Shown here: positions 1 to 11,300 of the stretch, in pieces | Position numbering within the stretch: the first letter of the stretch is position 1 | How the letters are laid out: each line of letters begins with the position of its first letter | From: an uncultured Polyangiales bacterium | GTDB taxonomy: Bacteria; Myxococcota_A; Polyangia; Polyangiales; CAZAQV01 | DNA: 64,000 nt | Direction of reading: 5' to 3' | NCBI GenBank assembly: GCA_964487255.1 | Contig: CAZAQV010000003.1 | Span: 92,266 to 156,265, forward strand | Made by a program: the position numbers and the translations under genes | The notes under the pieces: generated by a model | Seen by the model: the letters and a program-made list of their open reading frames with translations, nothing else | The model's database searches: none | Told to the model about the DNA's origin: nothing

Positions 1-1
1 C

Positions 2-544
2 GACAGGCTCTTCTTTGTCATCGCCACGCAGAACCCGCTCGACCTGGCGGGCACCTTTCCGCTGCCAAGCGCACAGCTTGACCGCTTCTTGTTCAAGATC
101 CGCATGGAACACATCTCGCGCGACGCTGAGCTCGAGGTGCTCGCGAACCTCAAGGCCATCAAAGCAGGGCCTGACCAGAGTCTTGAGCGAGTCACCCGCA
201 CAGAGATCCTCGATGCGCGCACGGTGGTCGAAGAGCAGGTGTACGTCGCCAAGGAAATTCACGAAGCCTTGGTCGACATCGCCGTCGCCACCCGGAGCGA
301 CTCCCGCATTTTGCAGGGCATCTCGACCCGTTCGCTTGTGCTGATGATTCCTGCGCTGCAAGCGCGTGCGCTCTCGCAAGTCCGCGACCACGTCACGGCC
401 GACGACATCTACTCGCTCTCCTTTCATGTCCTTGGTCACCGACTCGAACTCGCACCCGGTGCCGCGGATTTCAACCAAGTCATCTATGACTGCGTCAAAG
501 GTCCGCTTGAGCGGCTGGCGCAAGCCACACTCCGCCGACCCTAA
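2..544 (+). CDS. MoxR-like AAA+ ATPase, C-terminal part (5' end lies outside the window)
   Basis: The frame is open from the window edge. The translation DRLFFVIATQNPLDLAGTFPLPSAQLDRFLFKI matches the ATQNP...PLPEAQLDRF sensor/arginine-finger block of MoxR/RavA ATPases and is followed by an AAA-lid-like region. Stop at 542-544. Confidence 0.8.
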   Translation, partial: DRLFFVIATQNPLDLAGTFPLPSAQLDRFLFKIRMEHISRDAELEVLANLKAIKAGPDQSLERVTRTEILDARTVVEEQVYVAKEIHEALVDIAVATRSDSRILQGISTRSLVLMIPALQARALSQVRDHVTADDIYSLSFHVLGHRLELAPGAADFNQVIYDCVKGPLERLAQATLRRP

Positions 545-547
545 ACA

Positions 548-2695
548 GTGCAATTTTCCTTGTCTCACACCCGTCTCATCGCCCACACAACACTGTTTGC
601 CATGCAGATCTTTCTCGTTGTGGGGACGGCGGAGGCGCAGTCGATTCAGGCGCAGCCCACATCACAGGTTCCGCCTGGGCCGTGGACCGAAGCCGAGCGC
701 GAAGCGTACCGCCTCTACCGCAACGACAAGCCCGTCGAAGCGCGCACGAAGGCGGAAAAGGTCGTCAAAGCAAACAGCGAGTCACTGATGGGGCACTACG
801 TCCTGGCAGCGGTCCTCTTCGAAGCGGAAGGCTCGCTCTCGCGCGCGATGTACCACTTTGGTAAAGCGCGTGAGATTTACGAGACCCGTTGGAAGCCCTC
901 GAGCCGCTCGGCCGATTCGCCTTGGACGCTGCACCGAGACCTGCTCTTTCAGGCTCAAAACCTGGCTGGCCAGATGGAACTCCACAACTACCAACTCGAA
1001 CTTCAGAGCTACCACGACTACCTCTACGATCCGGATTTACTTGCCGAACGTGCATGGCCACTCGTTCGCCTGGGACGGGAAGACGAAGCGCGCAAGTTCG
1101 CCAAGCAAGCCATCGCATCGAACAACTCGTGGCAGCGCTCTCTGGGCATGAATGCGCTTTGCGCCGTAGAGGGCGAAGCGCAAACACGCGATCCTTATTA
1201 TGTCGCGTGCAAGGCAGCCCTCGCCAACGCCAAGCGAGAGCAAGCGGCCGGAGAAGAGCAAGCCGTGGCTGTGCACGCCTACAACGCTGCGCTGGCCGCG
1301 CTTTCCGCAGGCAAGCCGAGCGAGGCGATTCGCTTTCTCGAAGAGGGTGCACGTCGGCTTGAGTTTACACCCGCCAATCCGTGGCGACTGCTGGTCCGCA
1401 TCTACATCGACATGGGCAAGATGAACGATGCGGTCGACGCCCTGCTCAACATGCAGCGCTGGCGCAAGAGACAGCCCGCGTATCTGCGCGATCAAGATCG
1501 AGCGGAGAACGACGCCGTCTTCGGACTGATGATGCTCGTGGGTGGTAGGACCGAAGACGGTCTTCGCGCCATCGACCGTGCGATCGACCAACCGGACCGC
1601 CGAGGGCTTACCTCTTCGGTTCGCGAACAGGCCGTCGGCGCGCACGCACTCATGCGCCGAGCCATGCTCAAGACCCGCATCGAACGTCGTATGGAAGAGG
1701 CCGCCGCCGGGAGTGTGTTCACGCGCATGTGGGCCTGGGTCGAATCGATTCCGGACCGCATCAAGGCCTGGATGGATGGCCGCCGCGTCTCGAGTGCGCT
1801 GGCAGACGAAAAGCGCCTCGTGGCAACGCTTCGTCCCCAGGTTCGAGGTGGTCTCGAGCCCATCCCTTACTGGATGGTTGGCGACCTCGTCGAAGTACTG
1901 GGCCCGGGCGTCGTGCTCGACGCGCTTGCGGAGGCCAGGCGCGAGGACCAGCATGTCGGTTACGTAGGCGGACACTTCGACGCCGTGCGCGCCGAAGCAC
2001 TTTTCGCCCAGGGGCGAAGCAGCGACGCTCTCAAGCGAGCCGCACTCGCACTCGACCGCCTTCCCGAGCACGAAGCGCTCTTGCGCGCACGTGTCCATAC
2101 GGTGATCGCCAAAGCAGCGCGCGACCTTGCCAAGGAGGAGACCGAATTTCTGGCGATTGAGCGCGCACTACGCATCGACGGTGGCATGCTGCGACGACTG
2201 GGCATCTCCCTTCCCGCAAAAATCATGGGCAGCGGCAAGCTCGGCAAGCAGGTTGCCTCAGCCCTCACCGAATCTCCTCGCTTTCGAACCGGCAAAGCCT
2301 TTCGCGTCGAGGTCTACAGCAAAAAGACCAAAGAAGACGAAGACTCCATCAAAGCCTGTCTCAGCAACCACCGTGGCGAGCAAATCCGCTGCAGCGAAAA
2401 CCCACGTGGCCCCGCCCCGAAGGACGACGACGGAGAAGGTGACAAAGGTGGACAGTCCACGAATGGCACAACGACCACCGAAGGGCAGTCCTCTGGCGAC
2501 GCAAAAAAAGAAGCCGAACTTGAAAGCGACGCACAGTTCGTAGAACGCATGGTCCGCGTCTTCCAGCACGAGCTTTTTGCGGCCGACGTGCGCATTTCGC
2601 AGGTCGACATGGGCTCGCTTGACGGGCGCGTCACAAGCGGCTCCGAAGTCGCCCGCGAGCGACTTCAAAACATGCTCGAGTACGTCGCCGAGTAA
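548..2695 (+). CDS. Secreted TPR-like repeat protein of unknown function
   Basis: 715-aa ORF starting 3 nt after the moxR stop (GTG 548; alternative ATG 602). The N-terminus has a hydrophobic signal-like segment (LFAMQIFLVVGTAEAQS). The body is a long helical, Ala/Leu/Arg-rich repeat region, and the tail is acidic and Lys-rich. No catalytic motif seen. Confidence 0.55.
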   Translation: MQFSLSHTRLIAHTTLFAMQIFLVVGTAEAQSIQAQPTSQVPPGPWTEAEREAYRLYRNDKPVEARTKAEKVVKANSESLMGHYVLAAVLFEAEGSLSRAMYHFGKAREIYETRWKPSSRSADSPWTLHRDLLFQAQNLAGQMELHNYQLELQSYHDYLYDPDLLAERAWPLVRLGREDEARKFAKQAIASNNSWQRSLGMNALCAVEGEAQTRDPYYVACKAALANAKREQAAGEEQAVAVHAYNAALAALSAGKPSEAIRFLEEGARRLEFTPANPWRLLVRIYIDMGKMNDAVDALLNMQRWRKRQPAYLRDQDRAENDAVFGLMMLVGGRTEDGLRAIDRAIDQPDRRGLTSSVREQAVGAHALMRRAMLKTRIERRMEEAAAGSVFTRMWAWVESIPDRIKAWMDGRRVSSALADEKRLVATLRPQVRGGLEPIPYWMVGDLVEVLGPGVVLDALAEARREDQHVGYVGGHFDAVRAEALFAQGRSSDALKRAALALDRLPEHEALLRARVHTVIAKAARDLAKEETEFLAIERALRIDGGMLRRLGISLPAKIMGSGKLGKQVASALTESPRFRTGKAFRVEVYSKKTKEDEDSIKACLSNHRGEQIRCSENPRGPAPKDDDGEGDKGGQSTNGTTTTEGQSSGDAKKEAELESDAQFVERMVRVFQHELFAADVRISQVDMGSLDGRVTSGSEVARERLQNMLEYVAE

Positions 2696-2841
2696 AGGCC
2701 GTCAGGTCGCGTCCACGGTCGCATTGTCGCTTTAGGTGGGGTCTGCACAACCGGGCTAAGTGGCTAACGCGAACGACTGCCCGATCTCTTTTCCGAAACC
2801 CGGCCGCTTTCCTCAATGATTGCAAGCCATCCGCACGCGTA

Positions 2842-4134
2842 TTGCCGCGCACGAAGTTTGCTTACGCCTCGCACATGCAATTGCCCAAAGCTTCCGCTCC
2901 TTCTTTGCGGGCGTCCATCCTCGGTGTGGGACAGATCAATACGCTTTGCTTGATCGCTTGCGTCGCAATTCCCGCATCCTGGTCACTCAACAATCTCGGC
3001 AAGGCAAGCCAGCAAAACCTCACAGGACGAACCGAATCTTCGACCTGGAGCGCGGCAGACGTCCACGGAGATGGTGTCGAGGCGAATACACACGGGCTCA
3101 ACATGCGAAGTTCTGCACAGGCCGTTGAACTCACTGTATTGAGCAGGGTCGCACAGATCATGAGATCAAGCGCGCGATCGGGTGTTGACGCGGCACAGGG
3201 CGTTGATACAGCAGGCAAACTTCGCGGCGTAACAGCCGACGGTGCCCAAGCATTCTATCGATTCGCGCAAGCAGAACTTCAAGACTTGGTCCCAGAGCCA
3301 CAACGTTTGGCAGCGCTGCTGACCGATGTCCATCAAGCCACCGGCATCCTCAACAGTACCGATGACGTGCTCCGCGCAGCCCATACCGGGCAGCGCACGG
3401 CGCTGGCCAAAGCGGCAGCATTATATGTCGCAGGCGATAAGCCCGGACTACGAACCAATGCGCTGAGCGCAGAGAAACTACTGCTCGAAGCAGAGAAGCA
3501 CTCCACTAAACTGCAATCGATGCCGGGCACATTCACAGAGGGGCAAAAGGCGCTTCTTGACGACAGCCTTCGCCCGACACTGCTCTTCCGCTTCACGGAC
3601 GAATACGTCATCAGCCAAGCACGTCGAGGTGACTTCGCCATGTCCGAGTCTAAAGCGAGGCTGGGCATCTACAAGAGCGATGATCTCCAGTGGCTCAGGC
3701 TTGCCCGAAACAGACTGCTTCCCGGATCGATAACCCCGTTCGCGCGCCTCATCGATCGCACGACGAAGGTTACCGACACTGCACATATGTCACCCGAGCG
3801 ACTACTTCGCGCCCGCTCGCTCATGCGCGACGTCCAGGCCAACTTTCGTGCCCCAGAACCCCGATATACACCTGAGGGAGTTTCTGCCAATCCACCCGTA
3901 GCGCAGCTTGAACTGCACGCCTTACGCGAAGCAGCTCGTGAAATCGCCGAAGGCAACCCCGAGCTTGGTCTCGAGCTCATCGGGTACGCAGAAAGCCGGA
4001 TGCTCAACCCCTCGACGGGCAAGCCACTGGCCATCCAAGGCCATCCACGCTTCGAGACACCCGAGGCGGTGGAGGCGCTCCTCGGTCGTCTGAGGCGTGC
4101 AGCAGAAGTCCAAGTCAAAACGGCAACTAAGTAA
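2842..4134 (+). CDS. Hypothetical protein, possible secreted or lipoprotein
   Basis: 430-aa ORF (TTG 2842; more likely ATG 2875 giving MQLPKASAPS...). It has an N-terminal hydrophobic stretch containing LIAC. I recognise no motif. GC is visibly lower than in flanking core genes. Confidence 0.5.
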   Translation: MPRTKFAYASHMQLPKASAPSLRASILGVGQINTLCLIACVAIPASWSLNNLGKASQQNLTGRTESSTWSAADVHGDGVEANTHGLNMRSSAQAVELTVLSRVAQIMRSSARSGVDAAQGVDTAGKLRGVTADGAQAFYRFAQAELQDLVPEPQRLAALLTDVHQATGILNSTDDVLRAAHTGQRTALAKAAALYVAGDKPGLRTNALSAEKLLLEAEKHSTKLQSMPGTFTEGQKALLDDSLRPTLLFRFTDEYVISQARRGDFAMSESKARLGIYKSDDLQWLRLARNRLLPGSITPFARLIDRTTKVTDTAHMSPERLLRARSLMRDVQANFRAPEPRYTPEGVSANPPVAQLELHALREAAREIAEGNPELGLELIGYAESRMLNPSTGKPLAIQGHPRFETPEAVEALLGRLRRAAEVQVKTATK

Positions 4135-4175
4135 ACTTGGAGACGCGCCTCCAGCGTCAACTTATCAGAACTCGC

Positions 4176-5999
4176 TCAGAGTGTGCTCAAGTAGGCGACG
4201 AGAGCTTGCAGCTCCGATTGCGAAAGGTGGGAAGTCTGTCCGTGGAGGTCTCCGCCCCCACAACGCTCGTCCGTGAACCGCGCCATCAAAGTCTTCGCGC
4301 ATCCGTCGTGCATGTAGGGCGGTCGATGCGAGAGCCCTACCAGCGACGGCACCTGAAAAGCGCCACCTGTCCCGACGTCGACCGTCGCGTTGTTGGTAAA
4401 GCGTTCCCCAGAATGGCAGCTCGCGCAGCCGACTGCAGAACGCTCAAAGAGTGCCTTGCCTCTCGCAACAGCTTGTTCATCGCCTGCGACTGCAAAACTC
4501 GGTGGCATCGCAAGCCTGTCGAGCCAATCATCCACATCCAACAAGTTACCGTGGCGCGCCACCGATCCACCCATACGCTCAAAAAATGTCTCCTGAACGA
4601 GCTCTTCCATATCGCGATGCTCACCTTGCCAATGAAATGGCGCCGTATCGAGTAGTCCGCCGCGAAGATCTTGGGTACGCCGGATCTCCCCCGTGACAAA
4701 CTCCCACGCGACCCCGTCATCTCCACCATTCGGGTGACACGATGCACAAGTCAGACCAAACCCCGTATCCGTGTGGAAGTCCTCATGACCAAGGTCGAGA
4801 ATTCCCCCCTGATAGAAATCTTTACTCGTCGCAAGATCGAGCCTCGGCGCATCGACGAGTGAACGTTGAGCCTCAGCCGCCTCTTGGTACTGAGCGATAA
4901 CGATGCGCCAAGGGTTGCGAGTTTGTATGGCGATTGTTGCACCAAACCTCGCCATCCCGATCCACCGGCCTCCGACGTCCTCTACACTTGAACGTATGCT
5001 CAACGGACGCGGCTGAATGCATTCAACAATCTGATTTGACGCTGGCTTCCAGGGCTCAGAATCGAAGCGAAAAACAGAAGCGGCATTTCTATTTCCCGAT
5101 GCGAGGATGAACCGTTCCTCACCGTGGTCGATGGTGTCGAGCGGTAGCGCGGGTATGTCTAAGACCCGTGTGTGGGCAACCTTGCCATGCCGCATCACTG
5201 TCAGAGCGCTATTGACGGGATGGGTCGCGCAAGAGCGGCTGTGATATTGAGGAGTTGGGTCCGACTGACGAGCCACGACGTCGGCCTGCACCACGTGATG
5301 CGTGAGAAGAACGCTTGCATCTTCCGCGGCACGCATACGCCAGGCACTCGCTGCGCCCGCCCGCTCGGGCGTATCCGGAACGAGCTTTGCTCGAACGCCC
5401 ATATCGTGCCCGAGCACATACACCTCGGCGGTCCTGAAAACAGAAACGTAGGCGTGCTCGCCACTGAACACGACATCCCTCAGCCCCGGCTCAAGCTGCA
5501 CCGAGCGAACAACGTCGCCGCCTTCAGCCGCTTGCTCCAACACACGACCGTCCGCGCAAGCAACCCAGAACCGTGCCCTTTGAAGCGACTCCTTTTCGTC
5601 GGGCACACGCGCAATGCCGCGAGGCTCAGAACAAGTGGGCAGCATCCCAAGAACTGAACGCCAGCCGGTGTGGATTTGCGCGACTTCTCCGCTTCCCTCT
5701 AACAGGACTCCGAACAGCTCATCGGTCAGCTGTGCAACGCGTCCTGGCCGGCTTGCTGCATCAAGCTTCAAGACTTGCTGCGTATGGCCTTGCTCAAGGA
5801 GCCAAACGGAGTCGTGATCAGCATCAGACGCCACGACGCTCTGACCGTTCCAGGCGAACTCAATCGAGCCGCCGCCAATCGGCGGAACAGCCACTTGTGG
5901 GTCACGCTCATCGGCAGCGAGAGGCGCGAAGCTGTCGGTCTGCGAACTGCAACCGACTACGGCGATGGTGGCGAATACGGTTATCCATTTGTGGGGCAT
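4176..5999 (-). CDS. Lipoprotein with an N-terminal beta-propeller-like region and a C-terminal di-haem cytochrome c peroxidase (CCP/MauG family) domain
   Basis: There is a lipobox at the N-terminus (ATIAVVGCSS). Two CxxCH haem motifs (CASCHPNGG and CASCHSGERF) have CCP-like spacing, and the conserved PSLVG...PPYMHDG block is present. Confidence 0.8.
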   Translation of the reverse strand: MPHKWITVFATIAVVGCSSQTDSFAPLAADERDPQVAVPPIGGGSIEFAWNGQSVVASDADHDSVWLLEQGHTQQVLKLDAASRPGRVAQLTDELFGVLLEGSGEVAQIHTGWRSVLGMLPTCSEPRGIARVPDEKESLQRARFWVACADGRVLEQAAEGGDVVRSVQLEPGLRDVVFSGEHAYVSVFRTAEVYVLGHDMGVRAKLVPDTPERAGAASAWRMRAAEDASVLLTHHVVQADVVARQSDPTPQYHSRSCATHPVNSALTVMRHGKVAHTRVLDIPALPLDTIDHGEERFILASGNRNAASVFRFDSEPWKPASNQIVECIQPRPLSIRSSVEDVGGRWIGMARFGATIAIQTRNPWRIVIAQYQEAAEAQRSLVDAPRLDLATSKDFYQGGILDLGHEDFHTDTGFGLTCASCHPNGGDDGVAWEFVTGEIRRTQDLRGGLLDTAPFHWQGEHRDMEELVQETFFERMGGSVARHGNLLDVDDWLDRLAMPPSFAVAGDEQAVARGKALFERSAVGCASCHSGERFTNNATVDVGTGGAFQVPSLVGLSHRPPYMHDGCAKTLMARFTDERCGGGDLHGQTSHLSQSELQALVAYLSTL

Positions 6000-6048
6000 G
6001 CAAACTGACTACGCAAACGGTGTGCCCGCACATTGTTGACGAAAAAGG

Positions 6049-6090
6049 CAGTCGTTGCGCTGGCGCCTCATCGAACGACTGTGCGCATCA
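6049..6090 (-). terminator. Rho-independent terminator-like hairpin on the minus strand
   Basis: The minus-strand reading is CAGTCGTT-(17 nt)-AACGACTG followed by CCTTTTTCG. That is a perfect 8-bp stem (6049-6056 / 6074-6081) with a T5 run. It lies 50 nt upstream of the CCP gene start, so it is not placed behind any adjacent minus-strand gene. Confidence 0.4.
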
Positions 6091-6315
6091 GAAACATGTG
6101 AGCAGATAACTGCACACGACTAGCGGGGCCGCGATCGTACGCTGAGCAGGTGCGAGTGTGCCCCCGACGCCGTGTGCAACAACAACCGCGTAGGATTTCC
6201 CGGCGACCCGTGTGTCTTCCAACTGCGCGTCGATGGCCACCAGATGTAAACTTGGGGACGCGGCCCAACCGTCAACTTGACGCAACCACGCTTCGCACAA
6301 ACCGAGAATGCGACA

Positions 6316-7155
6316 ATGCCTCGCAAAGCTCGCGAAATACCACCTCACCAACTGGTTCATGTACGCAGCCGTTTCGTAGACGGCCGCTTCACTTTCGACG
6401 ACAGCGCTAGACGTTATTACCTACTTCAACTGGACAGGTCATTACACGATGTGGACTGGACTCTCATCAGTTTTGCCCTCATGAGTTCGCATATCCACCT
6501 TGGTCTTTTGTCCGGTCTCACACCGTTGTCTGCGTGGATTCATCGGGTCCACACAGCGACTTCCGGGTGGATCAACGCAAGACGTCGGTTCGCGTCGCCG
6601 CAAACGCTTGGCCCAGTATTCGGAGACCGCCCCAGCACGAACCTGGTTCCAATGGAGAACACACTCGAGTTGCTTACCTACCATCACAACAACCCCGTAA
6701 AGGCAGGTGTTGTCGCGTCGCCTGCCGAATCGATGTGGACGAGTCATCGCCAGTATCTCAGCCTCCCTTGTTTTCATAGCAAGTCGTTGGACGTCAATCG
6801 TGGCCTTGCCTTGGCCTCGCTGAGTTGGCGACAGTTCGCCAGACATCTGAACAACGCAGCAGACGACGCCCGTATTGTGAGTGGAGGACCGGGTGCGGCG
6901 GTGGCACTGGTTGCACGACATCTCGACCTACCCGAACGTGCTCTGTGTGGTGGATCTCGAGCAAGACACGTTGTCTTCGCAAGACGCGTGGTTCTGTCAC
7001 TCGCATCCGAGTGGGGCTATTCCACAGCGAGAACAGCCACCGAGTTGGGTATTTCGAGAGCAGCAGCGACGAAATTGTTGAATTCCGCTTCACCTCAAGC
7101 CCGCTTTATCGGTCGGAAACTAGCCAGACAGCACGCGGGTTTGGCAAACATCTAG
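6316..7155 (+). CDS. IS200/IS605-type HUH Y1 transposase-like protein (REP-associated tyrosine transposase type) with a C-terminal DnaA-domain-IV-like HTH
   Basis: It has an HUH motif (MSSHIHLGLL) and a catalytic-Tyr block (LLTYHHNNPVKAGVV), as in RAYT/TnpA(IS200) proteins. The C-terminal roughly 70 aa (ARHVVFARRVVLSLASEWGYSTARTATELGISRAAATKLL) resembles the DnaA C-terminal DNA-binding helix-turn-helix. ATG at 6316; the ORF track's start at 6277 is TTG. Confidence 0.7.
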   Translation: MPRKAREIPPHQLVHVRSRFVDGRFTFDDSARRYYLLQLDRSLHDVDWTLISFALMSSHIHLGLLSGLTPLSAWIHRVHTATSGWINARRRFASPQTLGPVFGDRPSTNLVPMENTLELLTYHHNNPVKAGVVASPAESMWTSHRQYLSLPCFHSKSLDVNRGLALASLSWRQFARHLNNAADDARIVSGGPGAAVALVARHLDLPERALCGGSRARHVVFARRVVLSLASEWGYSTARTATELGISRAAATKLLNSASPQARFIGRKLARQHAGLANI

Positions 7156-7315
7156 TGCTGTGACCACGAAGTTCTGAACCCATCCGCTGCGCAGCAAAGC
7201 GAACTCGGTTGTCGTTCAAACTTGAATCTACGCTGCAGGTGCTGCGTTTTCTCTCCTACGATTTCGCTCCGCTGCTGTGCGGCCAGGGATCACAACCTCG
7301 CGGTCACAGCACTAG
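7152..7315. repeat. 164-nt imperfect palindrome (REP/REPIN-like hairpin) between convergent genes
   Basis: CTAGTGCTGTGACC (7152-7165) is the perfect reverse complement of GGTCACAGCACTAG (7302-7315). Pairing continues inward with mismatches for about 56 nt per arm, roughly 41 pairs by hand alignment. The left arm overlaps the TAG stop of the RAYT-like gene. Confidence 0.75.
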
Positions 7316-7371
7316 CTATTGTGAATGCTCGGCGGCAAGTTGACGCATGCGGCGCGTCCCCAAGTTGACAG

Positions 7372-8361
7372 CTATGAGTAGCCGACCATGCGCTGCTGGT
7401 CGTTGTCCCAGAGCTTGACGCGGAAAGCGCGCAAGATGTCCTTGGGCCAGAGCGTGATCGTGTGTGGGCTTTGCAGCTCGGGGATGGCCGCCATGGCTTC
7501 AGGAAGCCGATAGAAAGGAATCATGGGGTTGAGGTGATGAATATGATGGTAGCCGATATTGCCGGTAAACCAGTTCATCACCGGGCCGCATTTCATGAAG
7601 CTCGACGATTCGAGCGCGGCCTTGGTGAAGTCCCACGTCTCACGCGGTTGGATGAGCACCTCTTCAAAGTTGTGCTGAATATAAAAAAGGTATGCGCCGC
7701 TCATGCATGCAACGGCGAGCGGTAACAAGTAAGTCACAAAGAGCGTCCATGGACCGAACGCGACTCCAACTCCAATCGAGAGCACAATGTGAAGCACCAG
7801 CGCGACGATGGCGGAGTAGTTCTTTTTGGGGTCGCGCAAAAACGGGTGAATGCACATGCCGTAAGAGAAAACTGTGAGCCACGCCAGCATGATGGTCAGC
7901 GGATGGCGCGCAGCCTTGTACCGAAAACGAAGTCCTGGAGACATGTTTTTCCACATCTCCGTGGTCACGACGGGATATGAGCCCACGTGCGAGCCGACGA
8001 TTTTCATGTTGTTGGCGTGGTGATAGTTATGGGTTTGCTTCCACACCCGCGGCGGAACGAGAACCAACATCCCGTAGGCCTTGAAGATCCACTGAGCTGG
8101 CTTCGAGTTGCGAAGCAGCGAACCATGCATATGGTCGTGGAAAAGAATAAAGAAACGCACGGTCGTCAATCCCGCGATCACCGAACTCACGAGCTGCAGG
8201 TACCAAGGCACAGGCGCGACGGTTACCGCTAGGGCCAGCACAATTACCAACGCGGTGGAGAGCACCGCGAACCAGGACCGGACTTGGCTCTCTTGGGTAA
8301 AGGGTTTGGTGGCTCGAACCAGCTCTTTGCCAGTTCTCGGCGCTGTGGTGTCGACAGACAT
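7372..8361 (-). CDS. Membrane fatty-acid desaturase
   Basis: It has three histidine boxes (HDHMHGS, HNYHHAN, HHIHHLN) and hydrophobic segments. I chose the ATG at 8361 (MSVDTTAPR...) because the longer ORF to 8490 would overlap the divergent radical-SAM gene. Confidence 0.85.
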   Translation of the reverse strand: MSVDTTAPRTGKELVRATKPFTQESQVRSWFAVLSTALVIVLALAVTVAPVPWYLQLVSSVIAGLTTVRFFILFHDHMHGSLLRNSKPAQWIFKAYGMLVLVPPRVWKQTHNYHHANNMKIVGSHVGSYPVVTTEMWKNMSPGLRFRYKAARHPLTIMLAWLTVFSYGMCIHPFLRDPKKNYSAIVALVLHIVLSIGVGVAFGPWTLFVTYLLPLAVACMSGAYLFYIQHNFEEVLIQPRETWDFTKAALESSSFMKCGPVMNWFTGNIGYHHIHHLNPMIPFYRLPEAMAAIPELQSPHTITLWPKDILRAFRVKLWDNDQQRMVGYS

Positions 8362-8480
8362 CGCGGCGAAATCTAGCTCAACTCTCCCCAAGTCCCAAAT
8401 GCTTTTCCAATGAAACGATGGCGGAATTGGGAGCATTGGCCGGATGCGCCTGAGTTTGCCTGTGTCACAATGGCCGAACT

Positions 8481-11276
<2,796 letters not shown>

Positions 11277-11300
11277 GCTTGCTCGCGAACCACGAGCAAG

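Noticed and set aside
6111-6124. TGCACACGACTAGC upstream of the RAYT-like gene, a 10/14 match to the right arm of the 7152-7315 palindrome and a possible second REP copy
   Set aside because: The match is too short and too degenerate, and it has no inverted partner nearby. It is compatible with chance.
6901-6920. TGGCACtggTTGCA, a sigma-54-like sequence inside the RAYT-like gene
   Set aside because: The GG-to-GC spacing is 10 nt rather than 12, and it lies inside a coding region.
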